A DNA stretch of 64,000 nucleotides from Longimicrobiales bacterium (GTDB lineage Bacteria; Gemmatimonadota; Gemmatimonadetes; Longimicrobiales; Gaopeijiaceae), in contig CBDFMQ010000002.1 of assembly GCA_965249725.1 (NCBI GenBank), positions 256,001 to 320,000 on the forward strand, written 5' to 3'. Both the position numbers and the translations under genes were made by a program. Positions 19,979 through 30,031 of the stretch are shown piece after piece. The notes under the pieces are model-generated. The model was not told where the DNA came from. It made no database searches and was given only the letters and a program-made list of their open reading frames with translations. Each line of letters opens with the position of its first letter. The stretch's first letter is position 1.

Positions 19979-20533
19979 CTAGAAGTCATCGGCGAACCCG
20001 ATGAACGCACCGTCCAATGCGCGAATAACGTCGTCCCTGCTCACCTTCGCCGAGAGGTTGTCCTTGGACGAGCCATCGAGCCCCATGCTGTATAGGTCGT
20101 AGTCCGTGTTGAGCGGCTTCAGGAACTTGTCCTTCCGTGGCTTTCCATGCTCGCCCGTACCGTCGATGATGCGCTGGTACTCGTATGGGTTGCCCCACGG
20201 ATCCACCGCCTCCGCCTGCCCCAGGTCGGCCAGATACTCGGGGAGTTCCTTGTAGGCCCGGTAGTGCATCTCGAGCGCTACTTGTAGGATGCCGATGTCG
20301 GTGATGGCACGCTTGAACCTCCCCTTCTCCCGCACGTCCTGGTACGTGGGTGCAATCAATGTGGCGAGAGTCACGATGATCACGGCGACCATGATCAACT
20401 CGAGCAGGGTGAACCCGGCGTAGGACACTCCCGGCCTGTACCCACGCATGTGGCTGGGCGATGCCAACTGAGACGCGCTCAGGGTTGAACGACTTTCATC
20501 GGGCTGGGACGAGGCATGCCTTGAATTCACCAC
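19979..20533 (-). CDS. Prepilin-type N-terminal methylation protein, GspG-like pseudopilin (start may be 20449)
   Basis: G|FTLLEL + hydrophobic helix; DPWGNPYEY; YDLYSMGLDG. Confidence 0.85.
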   Translation of the reverse strand: MVNSRHASSQPDESRSTLSASQLASPSHMRGYRPGVSYAGFTLLELIMVAVIIVTLATLIAPTYQDVREKGRFKRAITDIGILQVALEMHYRAYKELPEYLADLGQAEAVDPWGNPYEYQRIIDGTGEHGKPRKDKFLKPLNTDYDLYSMGLDGSSKDNLSAKVSRDDVIRALDGAFIGFADDF

Positions 20534-20634
20534 CGGGGAAACCGCTGTTACAGAAAGTTACACGCCCCTCGGGATCAGATGAAAGGACCTTGGACGGCGG
20601 GACCGCGGCCGTGCGTTCGAAACAACCGGGTCCG

Positions 20635-22071
20635 TCATGAGACCAACAGGACGTAGGCGACGGCTAGAACCAAGTGCAGGAGCGCGAACGGCAGGGCCTT
20701 CTTGACGAAAGCGACGAAGGAGAGAGGCACGTTGTGCTTGTGCATGACAGTGACGGCCACGAGGGTCGAGGCCGACCCAATCGGAGTGATGTTTCCGCCC
20801 AGATTCGAGCCGAAAATGACGGCCCACCACAGGGGGTCGTCGGGGGGCCGTATGCCACCCCCGGCCATCGGGATCCCCTCGATGATCTTCGCCAGCATCG
20901 TGGCCAGCGGGATGTTGTCCGTGACCGAGCTGAATCCGGCAGACGCGAGCAGCACGGCCGACGTCCCCGCCCGCGGGCCCAGGGCGATCAAGCTCTCGAC
21001 GCCGTGTCCGATCAAGGCCAGCACCTGCGCGTGTTCCATGACCGAAATGACCACGAATAGCGCGGCGAAGAAGGCCAACAGGTCCCAGTCGATCGTGCGG
21101 TAGAACTCGTCGACTTCGTGCTTGTATCGGATGAGCATGATCGCGGCGAAGGCGAGTGCGATGTAACCCATCCCGAGGTCGCCCAAGTAGGGTGTGACCG
21201 ATGCCGTGGCGATCGCCACGATGAAGAGCACGAGCATGGCCGCGCCGAACCAGAAGAAACCACGGCTCTCGATCCCGTCCCTCTCATCGAACGAGGCCAC
21301 GAGTTGTGCAGCCTCTTCGATCTCTTCGGGAGTCCCGAGGCCGCGAATCCCGAACAGCCGGGCTCCCAGTAGGAGAGTGGCGACCGTCACGACACCCACG
21401 AAGGGCGCGGCCTTCATGAAGAACGCCATGAAGCTGATGCCGGCCGCCGTCCCCACGATGATGTTGGGTACCGAACTGATGAGCGTGAGCAGCCCTCCGA
21501 TGTTGGTCAGCAGCCCTTCGATCAGCAGGAAGCCCAAGAGTTCGTCCGACCGGCGGAGCTTGGCCAATGACACCGCCGAGAGAGACCCCACGATGATCAT
21601 GGCGGTCACATTGTTGAGAACCGCGGAGAACGCCACGGTCATGAGGCCGTAGTACCACAGGAGCTTGAGGGGGTCGCCCCGAGAGGCCTTCGTGATCTTG
21701 ATGGCGATCCAGGTGAACAGGCCGGAGCGCGACGTCACGTCCACGAACAAGCTGGCCCCCAGAATGATCGTGATGACCCCCCAGTCGATCGCCGGGATGT
21801 AGACCGGCATGTCCACCTCGTGCCCCCCGATCAGGTAAGGCCCGTACGGAAGGGGAAGCAGCATGGCTCCGAGGAGCAGGGTCACGACGGCGAACAAGCC
21901 GACGATCAGCGACTTCTTGGCGTGGAGTTTCTCCTCGAACGCGAGGCTCACGACCATGCCGGTCAGCAGGGTCGCGAAGAGGAGCGTAACCGGGAGGGTC
22001 ACGTCGGGAGCCGGCCCGTGGGCCGCCTCCTGAAGGAGAGGCACCGGCGGTAGCACCGGCGGGAGCGCCAT
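20635..22071 (-). CDS. ArsB/NhaD (CitMHS/SLC13-like) ion transporter
   Basis: SAVLNNVT, NIGGLLTLISSVPN, SSVTDNIP, GSNLGGNITPIGSAS; ATG 22071 overlaps the upstream TGA. Confidence 0.85.
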   Translation of the reverse strand: MALPPVLPPVPLLQEAAHGPAPDVTLPVTLLFATLLTGMVVSLAFEEKLHAKKSLIVGLFAVVTLLLGAMLLPLPYGPYLIGGHEVDMPVYIPAIDWGVITIILGASLFVDVTSRSGLFTWIAIKITKASRGDPLKLLWYYGLMTVAFSAVLNNVTAMIIVGSLSAVSLAKLRRSDELLGFLLIEGLLTNIGGLLTLISSVPNIIVGTAAGISFMAFFMKAAPFVGVVTVATLLLGARLFGIRGLGTPEEIEEAAQLVASFDERDGIESRGFFWFGAAMLVLFIVAIATASVTPYLGDLGMGYIALAFAAIMLIRYKHEVDEFYRTIDWDLLAFFAALFVVISVMEHAQVLALIGHGVESLIALGPRAGTSAVLLASAGFSSVTDNIPLATMLAKIIEGIPMAGGGIRPPDDPLWWAVIFGSNLGGNITPIGSASTLVAVTVMHKHNVPLSFVAFVKKALPFALLHLVLAVAYVLLVS

Positions 22072-22931
22072 CAGAGCATCAGGAGCGGGATGGTTCTCAG
22101 CTCGATGGCGAGCGGATACGCCAGGCCGTGCATGGCGAGCTGGTCTTCGTCCTTGGTGTTCATCACCAGGAGATCCACCTGATGCTCGTCGATGAGGCGG
22201 CGGTACTCCTGAATGTGACGTCCTGAAGTGACCACCGACTCGACCGTGAGCGAGGGGGCGCTCTTCGACAACCCGCTTCGGCACGATTCGATGTAGTCCG
22301 CGGGGTCCTTGATGAGCCGCTTTTCGATTTCGGTGCGTGCCGCGTCCGTATCTATGGAGGAGATCTTCGAGATGGCCTCCATGTAGCGCTCGAAGACCGC
22401 GTCATCCTCTACGTGGCTGAGGTATAGCGTGCCGCCTTCCTCGGTGTAGCGCGCGGCATGGTTCACGAGCCGATTGTCGCCCGTGAGGTGGTCGGTCATC
22501 GCCATGACCTGATTGGTGCGGCGCGAGGCTACCTCCTGCCACTCGCCACGTTCCGGATGCGGCATGACGACGACAGGCGTCGTGGTGGCCTGTGTCAGGA
22601 CGTCCACGTACTCACCCAGGGTGTAGGGCCAGCGCCAACTCTCGGAGTGGAGGTGGCGGTAGGTGCAGATCAAGCCCGGGTGTTCACCCTCTACGATCTC
22701 CAGGAGATCGGGCACGGTCTCGAACTCGCCGCCGTGGACCGCGCGCCACCGGATGTTCTCCGCCTGGTCCAGGGCGTCGAGGAACGCGCGCGCCTGAGCC
22801 GCAAAGTCGTCGGCCTCGCTCGCGTCGCGATCGGAGACGACCAGGACCGAGCCGATCTCGACCTCTTCTGGCGTGAACACCGTCCGAGCCGCAGCCCGGA
22901 AGACGCTCTCGAACTGGTCGACCTTGGTCAT
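22071..22931 (-). CDS. Universal-stress-protein-like protein
   Basis: USP-type strand/helix pattern (TLYLSHV, VDLLVMN, IPLLML), two lobes; translationally coupled to the transporter. Confidence 0.6.
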   Translation of the reverse strand: MTKVDQFESVFRAAARTVFTPEEVEIGSVLVVSDRDASEADDFAAQARAFLDALDQAENIRWRAVHGGEFETVPDLLEIVEGEHPGLICTYRHLHSESWRWPYTLGEYVDVLTQATTTPVVVMPHPERGEWQEVASRRTNQVMAMTDHLTGDNRLVNHAARYTEEGGTLYLSHVEDDAVFERYMEAISKISSIDTDAARTEIEKRLIKDPADYIESCRSGLSKSAPSLTVESVVTSGRHIQEYRRLIDEHQVDLLVMNTKDEDQLAMHGLAYPLAIELRTIPLLML

Positions 22932-23512
22932 CGCGGAGTCGGCCGGGCAGGTTGTGCCCCCGGGGCCGCGGGCTTATTGGCCTTTGCGATCGAGGCCTGG
23001 AAGATCGTTACGCCCGTCTCGCCGCTCAGGCGGGTCCGACCGCGGAGTTCGGGCAGCGGCAGGACCTGATCGCGTGCGTGCTCCACTCCGAGGATTCGGG
23101 CGAACGGACGCTCCGCCCAGGCGCGCAAGATCCGGTCCGCCTTCTTCGAGCCGTAGGGGGCATCGACGAACGCGATGTCGTACCGACCTTCTTCCAGCGC
23201 CTCGACGAAGGGGATGGCGTCGCGTTTGAAGATCCGGGACCGCTTCGTCTCTTTGAGCGCGGCCACATTGGCCTTGAGGGCATGAAGGGCCTCACCGCCG
23301 TTCTCGACGAAGTCCGCCGACTTCGCACCGCGGGACAGGGCTTCGAGCCCGAGTGCCCCCGAACCGGCGAAGAGGTCGAGCACACGTGCCCCTTTCAACT
23401 CTCCCTCCAGGCGACCGAGCCAACGATCGCGCACGCTCTCCGAAGTGGGTCGCACGCGCTTGCCGGGGGACGTCAGACGGCGGTCGGCATGCCTTCCGGA
23501 CACGATGCGCAT
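22928..23512 (-). CDS. rsmD: 16S rRNA m2G966 methyltransferase RsmD family
   Basis: MRIVSG, RPTSESVR, LDLFAGSGALGLEALSRGA, VDAPY. Confidence 0.9.
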   Translation of the reverse strand: MRIVSGRHADRRLTSPGKRVRPTSESVRDRWLGRLEGELKGARVLDLFAGSGALGLEALSRGAKSADFVENGGEALHALKANVAALKETKRSRIFKRDAIPFVEALEEGRYDIAFVDAPYGSKKADRILRAWAERPFARILGVEHARDQVLPLPELRGRTRLSGETGVTIFQASIAKANKPAAPGAQPARPTPR

Positions 23513-23541
23513 GTCAGTTGTGGTGGCTCACGCACATCGCA

Positions 23542-24870
23542 CTACCCAGCCCGTCCACTCGCGGCGATGCCCGCCTCTTCGTCGACTCCCATCAGGATCA
23601 GTCCTCCGACGATGAAGAAGACCATGGTGACCGCCACCCCTATTCGTTGATTGCCGAAAACGGTTATGGCGAGGCCATACAGGAGCGGACCCATGAAGGC
23701 GATGGCTTTACCGGAGAACGCGAAGAAGCCGTAGAACTCGGTCTCCTTCTCCTGCGGTACGAAGCGCCCGAGTAAGGAGCGGCTGGCTGCCTGGTTGGGG
23801 CCCACGAATACGCCTACCAGCATGCCTGCAAGGAACATGGAGGTCTTGGCCCCGGCCGGCGCCAAGGTGGCCCAGAGCGTCGCGATGAAAAGGCCGACGA
23901 GGGAGACGAGAATGGTCTTACGGCCCCCGATGCGATCATCCAAGAAGCCCATTGCGAACGCACCAAGGCCGGCCGTGACGTTGAGCGCCAACGCCCAGAT
24001 CATGACCTCGGTCAGAGTAAAGCCGAAGACCTCCGAGGCGTATAGCGGGCCCAGCGCGAATATGGTGACTAACCCGTCGTTATAGATCATCCGAGCGACC
24101 AGTAGGCGTACGATTTGGCCGTACCGCCTGACCTCCCGGAAGGTATTGCCCAATTGCTTGACGGTGCCCCGCAAGAGCTCGCCAAGGGGAGGGGAGTCGA
24201 TCGCCTCGGCCTTCGGTACCCAGAGGAACATCGGGACCGCGAAGACTGCGAACCAAGCCGCGACCACCAGGGTGATCGCCCGCTCGTTCTGGAATAGAGC
24301 CTCGGCCCCTGTGCCCAGTCCGAACCATGGCGTCTCAGTCCGGACGAAACCCACCAACGCGATTACCATTGCGATCAGGCCACCGAGATACCCGAGGGCC
24401 CAGCCGTATCCCGAGATCTTCCCGATGTTGTCACTAGTGGTGAGGTCGGGCAGGTAGGCGTTGTAGAACACGCCCGAGAGTTCGAAGGCGACGTTGGCCA
24501 CCACGAACACCGATAGTGCGAACCACACTTGGCCCGGCACCGGGAAGTACAGAAGTGCGCTTCCGGCAATCGCGATGCATGTGGTGATCAGGAGATATCG
24601 GCGACGGTGCCCCCCTCGGTCGGCCATCGCACCGAGGAACGGTGACGTCAGCGCAACGATGACGGCCGTGAGGGCGATTCCATTCGCCCAGATCGCGGTC
24701 CCCGTGTCACCGTCGGGGGCGATTCTCTGGGCGAAGACGACCCCGTAGATGAACGTCACGATGAGCGTGGTAAAGGCCGAATTACCGAAATCGTACAAGG
24801 CCCAACTCCAGATGGCCCTCTTGTCGGTAGAGTGCCGCCCGCTCGCTCCGGCCACTGCGCCTGCTTCCAT
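23542..24870 (-). CDS. MFS transporter, UMF1/ATG22-like
   Basis: SWALYDFGNSAF, YNAYLP, ISGYGWALGYLGG, NQAASRS. Confidence 0.9.
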   Translation of the reverse strand: MEAGAVAGASGRHSTDKRAIWSWALYDFGNSAFTTLIVTFIYGVVFAQRIAPDGDTGTAIWANGIALTAVIVALTSPFLGAMADRGGHRRRYLLITTCIAIAGSALLYFPVPGQVWFALSVFVVANVAFELSGVFYNAYLPDLTTSDNIGKISGYGWALGYLGGLIAMVIALVGFVRTETPWFGLGTGAEALFQNERAITLVVAAWFAVFAVPMFLWVPKAEAIDSPPLGELLRGTVKQLGNTFREVRRYGQIVRLLVARMIYNDGLVTIFALGPLYASEVFGFTLTEVMIWALALNVTAGLGAFAMGFLDDRIGGRKTILVSLVGLFIATLWATLAPAGAKTSMFLAGMLVGVFVGPNQAASRSLLGRFVPQEKETEFYGFFAFSGKAIAFMGPLLYGLAITVFGNQRIGVAVTMVFFIVGGLILMGVDEEAGIAASGRAG

Positions 24871-24982
24871 GAGGTCTACCGGTCCGCCTTCTGGACGTCT
24901 TGGTCCGCTACGTCCTCTAGGAAATCCATGTGGTCTTCATGTAAGGCGTGTCGGGCTCCTCTGGCAAACGCGCCCTCGGCGA

Positions 24983-25819
24983 CTAGCTCCCCAGAAGCTC
25001 TCGGAAGAAGTCGACCGTCCGGGGCCACGCACCTTCGGAAGCCGTGAGGTTGGCGCCGTCCATCCCGCCCTGTCCCTTCAGAAAGCCGTGACCGGCTCCA
25101 TCATAGATGTTCACGTCGTAGCGCTTGCCCAGGCGCTCCATCTCCGCCTCCGCGTCCGGAATGGTCGCGTTGACACGATCGTCGGCTCCGCCGTAGTGGC
25201 CCAGGACGGGTGCTTGGATTCGTGCCAGCGTCTCGGTATCCGGAGAACTCCCGTAGTAGACGACGGCCGCGTCGAGCCCGGCGAAGTCCACAGCGAAACT
25301 GAACGAGGTGGAGCCGCCCCAGCAGAAGCCCACCGAGCCGACCTTGTCCGTGGCGGCGGGCAGGGACGTCCCGTAGGCAGCGGCCGCCCTCAGGCGCCGG
25401 TTGACCTCGGCCCGGTCCAGATCCCGCATGGTCCGGCCGACCTGTTCCGGATCCAGGGACTCGGTGCCGCCGCCGCCCGGACCCTTCCCGGAGAGCAGAT
25501 CCGGCGTCACGGCGATGAATCCGTCCGCGGCCAGTTGGTCGGCCACGGCCCGAGCCCAGTCGGACATGGCCCGAATGTCGTGGATCACCACAACGACCGG
25601 GGCAGCGTCGTTCCTCTCCGGGTAGGACACCCACGCCTGCACCTCGTCGCCATCGCCGGCGTCGTAGGTCACCCACTCGCCGTGCCGGGGGGACGCAGCA
25701 AGCCGTGCCGTGGCCGTCTCGCCGTCGGGTGGCAGACTCTGGGCCGCGATCGAAACAGGGCTGGCCAAGACCGCCAGAGCCAATCCAGCCAGGAGATGTC
25801 TTGTTGCTGAAGAGATCAT
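24983..25819 (-). CDS. Secreted dienelactone hydrolase family protein
   Basis: VVVIHD, GFCWGG nucleophile, D, AGHGF; signal peptide from ATG 25819. Confidence 0.9.
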   Translation of the reverse strand: MISSATRHLLAGLALAVLASPVSIAAQSLPPDGETATARLAASPRHGEWVTYDAGDGDEVQAWVSYPERNDAAPVVVVIHDIRAMSDWARAVADQLAADGFIAVTPDLLSGKGPGGGGTESLDPEQVGRTMRDLDRAEVNRRLRAAAAYGTSLPAATDKVGSVGFCWGGSTSFSFAVDFAGLDAAVVYYGSSPDTETLARIQAPVLGHYGGADDRVNATIPDAEAEMERLGKRYDVNIYDGAGHGFLKGQGGMDGANLTASEGAWPRTVDFFRELLGS

Positions 25820-25883
25820 GTCGAGACTCCGAATCGAGAAATGGTGGACTGTGTGATTCCGGACCACGTCACTCCGGGCCGCG

Positions 25884-26804
25884 TCACTCCGGGCCGATCC
25901 GGAAGATGAGTTCGAGGCCCCAGTAGCGCTCGTCCGTCAGGAAGAACTGGCCCATTGGCGAGGGCCCATCGTGAAAGACACCGCGCAGGTGGGCCGAGCG
26001 GTCGCCGTTCTGTGCCTTAAGGCCGAAGACCGCCGATAGCTGGCTGTTCCAGTCGGTCCGATCGGCGCTCTGCCAATCCAGCCCCCCGTCCAGGCCCACG
26101 TCGCCGCCCGACCATGGCAGCCACTCGAAGTCGGCGCCCAGCCGCACGAGTGCGTTATCCGAGAAATCCGGCCCCAGCTGAGCTTCGTTCTCCAGGCTGG
26201 AGCGCGTGACGAGGGCCCCGCCGCCATAAAGGCGCACGTGGCCGGTCCGATACGCGACCAATGCGTCCAGGGTCTCCGAAGTGAAATCCACGCGTTCGGC
26301 CCCGGCCTTCTCGATCATCTCGTCGCCGAGATGAGCGCTCCAGTGCGTGAGCCGCACGCGTGCCGACCAGAGCCCCCAACCGGCCTCGACCGGCACGGCA
26401 ACTACCCAATCGGAGGCGACCAGGTCACTGCTCGACACTTCCAGCCTGAAGCGGCCGAAGACGCCCGCTTGGACCCCGACGGTCAGCCCTCCGTCTTGCC
26501 ACTGGGCCGGACTCCAGAGACGGAACGCTCCACCCAGTGCGGCTTCGCCCTGAACTTCGGTGTCGAGGCCGCTCTCGCCGGGGAAGTCGAACGGGGCGCG
26601 CTCGGCCGGATTCGCGCGGCCCCGAAACACGGGAGTCCACAGCGCTCGTAGTGCGAACACGGGTTCCCGGAGCGATGCACGGGGCACGGCGAAGTATCCC
26701 CGATCGGGAAGCCAGGTGTCGACCGCATCAGCTTGAGCCGCGATTCCGGACGCATAGAGTCCCAGGGCGGGGAGGACTAGGGCTAGTTGGTGAAGGACTC
26801 GCAC
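25884..26804 (-). CDS. Secreted, probable outer-membrane beta-barrel protein (DUF1207-like)
   Basis: Signal peptide, amphipathic beta-strands, HxSAHLGDE and GxSPxGQF motifs recalled from DUF1207. Confidence 0.55.
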   Translation of the reverse strand: MRVLHQLALVLPALGLYASGIAAQADAVDTWLPDRGYFAVPRASLREPVFALRALWTPVFRGRANPAERAPFDFPGESGLDTEVQGEAALGGAFRLWSPAQWQDGGLTVGVQAGVFGRFRLEVSSSDLVASDWVVAVPVEAGWGLWSARVRLTHWSAHLGDEMIEKAGAERVDFTSETLDALVAYRTGHVRLYGGGALVTRSSLENEAQLGPDFSDNALVRLGADFEWLPWSGGDVGLDGGLDWQSADRTDWNSQLSAVFGLKAQNGDRSAHLRGVFHDGPSPMGQFFLTDERYWGLELIFRIGPE

Positions 26805-26965
26805 ACGCGCTCCGGCCTGGGAATAGGGACTCGAGGACCCACTGTATTTCTTGAGCCGCCTTTAGGGCCGCTCATTCTACCGAAGCGGGGCACCGCTCGA
26901 AAAGGGACCCGGAGGACCAAGGTGGTGGTACGACAGACTTCGCAATCGGGAAGAGACCGACAAGG

Positions 26966-27868
26966 ATGGATATGGATCGCGTAGAGATTCCCAATCAGGC
27001 GACTTACTCGCCGCTGGCCCTGACGGACGTGTTCATGCTCGCGCCGTTGGCCTCACGTGTGCTCTTGGGGGCGACGGTGCCTGGCCGCATTGTACAGGCG
27101 CTGGCGCTGGGAGCCTACGCGGGCAGTGCCCTGAGCGACTGGGTCTCCAGGCAGGACGCCCGACCCATCGACTTCGAAAAGACGTTCGGTGAGGATCTCT
27201 CGGCTCTAGAGCCGATGACGGACGAGGCGCGGCAGGCTGAAGTGGCCGCCTTGGTCGAGCAGCTCAACGACAACTACGAGCCCGTGACTCTTTCTCGCGA
27301 GAAGCTGGCCGTTCTGTGTGATCAAAGGCTGACCGATTACATCGCCTCGATCACCGGGCAACGCGTAGAAACCAGCGCAGAGGTGCGTAGCTTCGCGATC
27401 TCGAAGCTCATCTTTCCCTTTGCCCTCGGCGCTTGCGACATCCTTTCCGGCGACGTGACTATTTTTCGGGAGTGCGGAGTCTTCGAGGCTCACATCATTA
27501 CCCACGAGTTCTGCCATCGGAAGGGATACTACAAAGAGCTCCAGGCACAGGCCTTGGCCTATCTGGCTCTCAGCACGTCCGACGAGAACATTCTGGTTCA
27601 GTCGGCCCAGTGCGAGCGTGTTCATCGGAACATGCGCGTCCTCGCCGACGGAGACCTGGACCGCTATCACGAGATGGTAGACGAGTCCGGTCTTCGCGAA
27701 GAACTCGCCAAGGACTTCCACGAGATCCGCCCGAAGCCTAGTGCGTACGAGCAGGGCGTGTGGACCTTCATGAAGCCTCTCATGGAGGAACGGATGAAGA
27801 TGACCGGACAGAACGGTCTGGCCGACTACGACGCAGGCTTCACGGACTTCATCCACACCCAGGGCTGA
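26966..27868 (+). CDS. Hypothetical HExxH protein (DUF3810-like zincin)
   Basis: THEFCHRKGY..E.QAQALAYL. Confidence 0.5.
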   Translation: MDMDRVEIPNQATYSPLALTDVFMLAPLASRVLLGATVPGRIVQALALGAYAGSALSDWVSRQDARPIDFEKTFGEDLSALEPMTDEARQAEVAALVEQLNDNYEPVTLSREKLAVLCDQRLTDYIASITGQRVETSAEVRSFAISKLIFPFALGACDILSGDVTIFRECGVFEAHIITHEFCHRKGYYKELQAQALAYLALSTSDENILVQSAQCERVHRNMRVLADGDLDRYHEMVDESGLREELAKDFHEIRPKPSAYEQGVWTFMKPLMEERMKMTGQNGLADYDAGFTDFIHTQG

Positions 27869-27952
27869 CGGGCGGCCTCTTCCCACTTACATTGGCGGCC
27901 GTCCACTAGCAGGATGTCGTGCTCCGCATCCACCTGAAATCCCGATCGCACT

Positions 27953-29632
27953 ATGAGCGCAATTGTCCCCGCAGTCATTGGCCTCGTCCTCTTGGGTCTC
28001 GGATACCGGTTCTACTCGTCCTTCATTGCCGAGAAGATCTACCAGCTCGATCCGGACTTCGAGATGCCGTCCCACGCGATGCGGGACGACGTGGATTACC
28101 TACCCACCAACAAGGTCGTCCTCTGGGGGCATCACTTCACTTCGGTCGCGGGCGCAGCACCGATCATCGGGCCGGCCATCGCGGTCATCTGGGGATGGCT
28201 GCCGGCGTTCATCTGGGTGGTCGCCGGTACCATGTTCTTCGCGGGAGTGCACGACTTCGGAGCGATTTGGGCAAGCGTCCGTAATCGGGGGACGTCCCTC
28301 GGGGCGTTGACGGGCGAGGTGGTCGGACCGCGTGCGCGAACGCTGTTCATGATCGTGATCTTCCTTCTGTTGCTGATGGTCAACGCCGTGTTCGCCGTGG
28401 CCATTTCCAACGCCTTCGTGGCGACACCCAGCAGCGTCATTCCGGTGTGGAGCGCGATTGCGGTCGCCGTCGTGATCGGGATGCTGATCTATAGGCTCAA
28501 GAAGCCCATCCTGTGGCCCACGATCATCGGTACCGTGGTTCTCTATTCGGTCATCTGGGTCGGAGATGCGTTCCCGATCTCGTTGCCGGACACGCTCTTC
28601 GGGCTGGCCGCCGGTCCTCAGTGGATCGTGATTCTGTTCGTCTATGCGACCATCGCGTCGCTGCTTCCCGTTTGGCTCCTACTCCAGCCGCGCGACTACA
28701 TCAATGGCATCCAACTCTTCGTCGGGCTGGGTCTGTTGTTTGCGGCCGTGTTCATCGCCAACCCCACCATCGTGGCTCCGGCGTTCAATCAGAACGTACC
28801 GGACGGGACACCGCCCTTGGTCCCGCTCCTGTTCGTGACCATCGCCTGTGGCGCCATTTCGGGCTTCCACGGACTCGTGGCGTCGGGGACGACGTCCAAA
28901 CAGCTCGACAAGGAGCCCGACGCGCGCTTCGTCGGTTACGGTGGTTCGTTGGGAGAGGGTCTCCTCGCGCTCTGCGCGATTATCGCGGTCAGTGCCGGCT
29001 TTGCCACACGAGGTGAGTGGGAGGCGGCCTTCTCCGGCTTCGGCACGACGGGTATCGATACGTTCGTGGCCGGCGGCTCGGTCATCGTCACGGCCGGCAC
29101 GGGGCTGCCGATCGGCTTCACCGCCACACTCCTAGCCGTGATGGCGATACTCTTCGCCGGGACGACCATGGACACGGGGGTCCGGCTACAGCGTTATATC
29201 GTTCAGGAGTGGGGGACGATCTATAACCTTCCGCTCCTTCAGAATGGCTACGTCGCCACCTTCATCGCCGTTGCTTCGTGTCTCGCGTTGGCGTTCGGGG
29301 CCGGCGGTGCGGACGGCCAGGGAGGTATGCTCATCTGGCCGTTGTTCGGGACGACCAACCAGCTCTTGGCCGGTCTCACCCTGCTCGTGATCAGCGTAAT
29401 GCTCGTCAAGCGGGGTCGGCGCTACTCCTTCACGCTCGTCCCTATGGTCTTCGTCACCACGATGGCGTTCCTGGCGGCGCTGTATCAGCTCTGGAACCTG
29501 TTTACGACCGGTCAGTATTTCCTCGCTGCACTGGACATTCTGATCGTCGTCGCGGCGGTCATGGTCATTCTGGAGTCGACCTCGGCGTTCCTGAGGGAAC
29601 GGAGGCAGGCTGCCAGGGCCGCTGCGGTCTAA
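27953..29632 (+). CDS. cstA: Carbon starvation protein A family transporter
   Basis: DYLPT, GHHFTSVAGAAPIIGP, QPRDYIN, TIACGAISGFH, WPLFGTTNQLLA. Confidence 0.92.
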   Translation: MSAIVPAVIGLVLLGLGYRFYSSFIAEKIYQLDPDFEMPSHAMRDDVDYLPTNKVVLWGHHFTSVAGAAPIIGPAIAVIWGWLPAFIWVVAGTMFFAGVHDFGAIWASVRNRGTSLGALTGEVVGPRARTLFMIVIFLLLLMVNAVFAVAISNAFVATPSSVIPVWSAIAVAVVIGMLIYRLKKPILWPTIIGTVVLYSVIWVGDAFPISLPDTLFGLAAGPQWIVILFVYATIASLLPVWLLLQPRDYINGIQLFVGLGLLFAAVFIANPTIVAPAFNQNVPDGTPPLVPLLFVTIACGAISGFHGLVASGTTSKQLDKEPDARFVGYGGSLGEGLLALCAIIAVSAGFATRGEWEAAFSGFGTTGIDTFVAGGSVIVTAGTGLPIGFTATLLAVMAILFAGTTMDTGVRLQRYIVQEWGTIYNLPLLQNGYVATFIAVASCLALAFGAGGADGQGGMLIWPLFGTTNQLLAGLTLLVISVMLVKRGRRYSFTLVPMVFVTTMAFLAALYQLWNLFTTGQYFLAALDILIVVAAVMVILESTSAFLRERRQAARAAAV

Positions 29633-29642
29633 GGCCCGCGCG

Positions 29643-29720
29643 CCGGGCCCACGCTCCGGGCCCACGTTCCGGGCCCACGTTCCGGGTCCACGTTCCGGGC
29701 CCACGTTCCGGGCCCACGTT
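29643..29720. repeat. 13-bp tandem repeat x6 (CCGGGCCCACGTT)
   Basis: Six contiguous units, four perfect and two with one substitution, between the cstA stop and the next RBS. Confidence 0.95.
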
Positions 29721-29733
29721 CCCAAGGGGACCC

Positions 29734-30006
29734 ATGAAGCTGGCCGACATCAAAGAGAAGTTCGAGCGCATCAAGTACCTCGCCTCGGAGTTCTACAATG
29801 CGCCCTATCGAGGTACGATCGCCCGGGCCAAGCGGGACGAAGACGACCTCTTCATGCTGTTGGTGTTTTCCGAATTGATGGGCGTCCCCAATCCCGCGAG
29901 CTACTACACGCTCGAGCTTCAGCCCATCATGCTCGAGAGGTTCCACGAGTGGCACGTCCGTATGGGCATGGAGCACTCCCCCCTCGACGACTTCCGTTGC
30001 TGTTGA
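29734..30006 (+). CDS. CstA-associated small protein ending in Cys-Cys (cory-CC-star-like)
   Basis: 90 aa from ATG 29734 (AAGGGGA RBS); DDLFMLLVFSExMGVPNPxxYYTLEL...RCC*; between cstA and the ArsA-like gene. Confidence 0.8.
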   Translation: MKLADIKEKFERIKYLASEFYNAPYRGTIARAKRDEDDLFMLLVFSELMGVPNPASYYTLELQPIMLERFHEWHVRMGMEHSPLDDFRCC

Positions 30007-30031
30007 CCACTCTCCCGAGCCCGGCCCTGCC

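Noticed and set aside
25860..25897. 15-bp near-duplication (C)GG(A/G)CC(A/G)CGTCACTC at the end of the DUF1207-like gene
   Set aside because: Only about two copies; no evidence of function or of an insertion target duplication
29643..29720. Possible CRISPR array
   Set aside because: 13-bp units are contiguous with no unique spacers, and there are no cas genes
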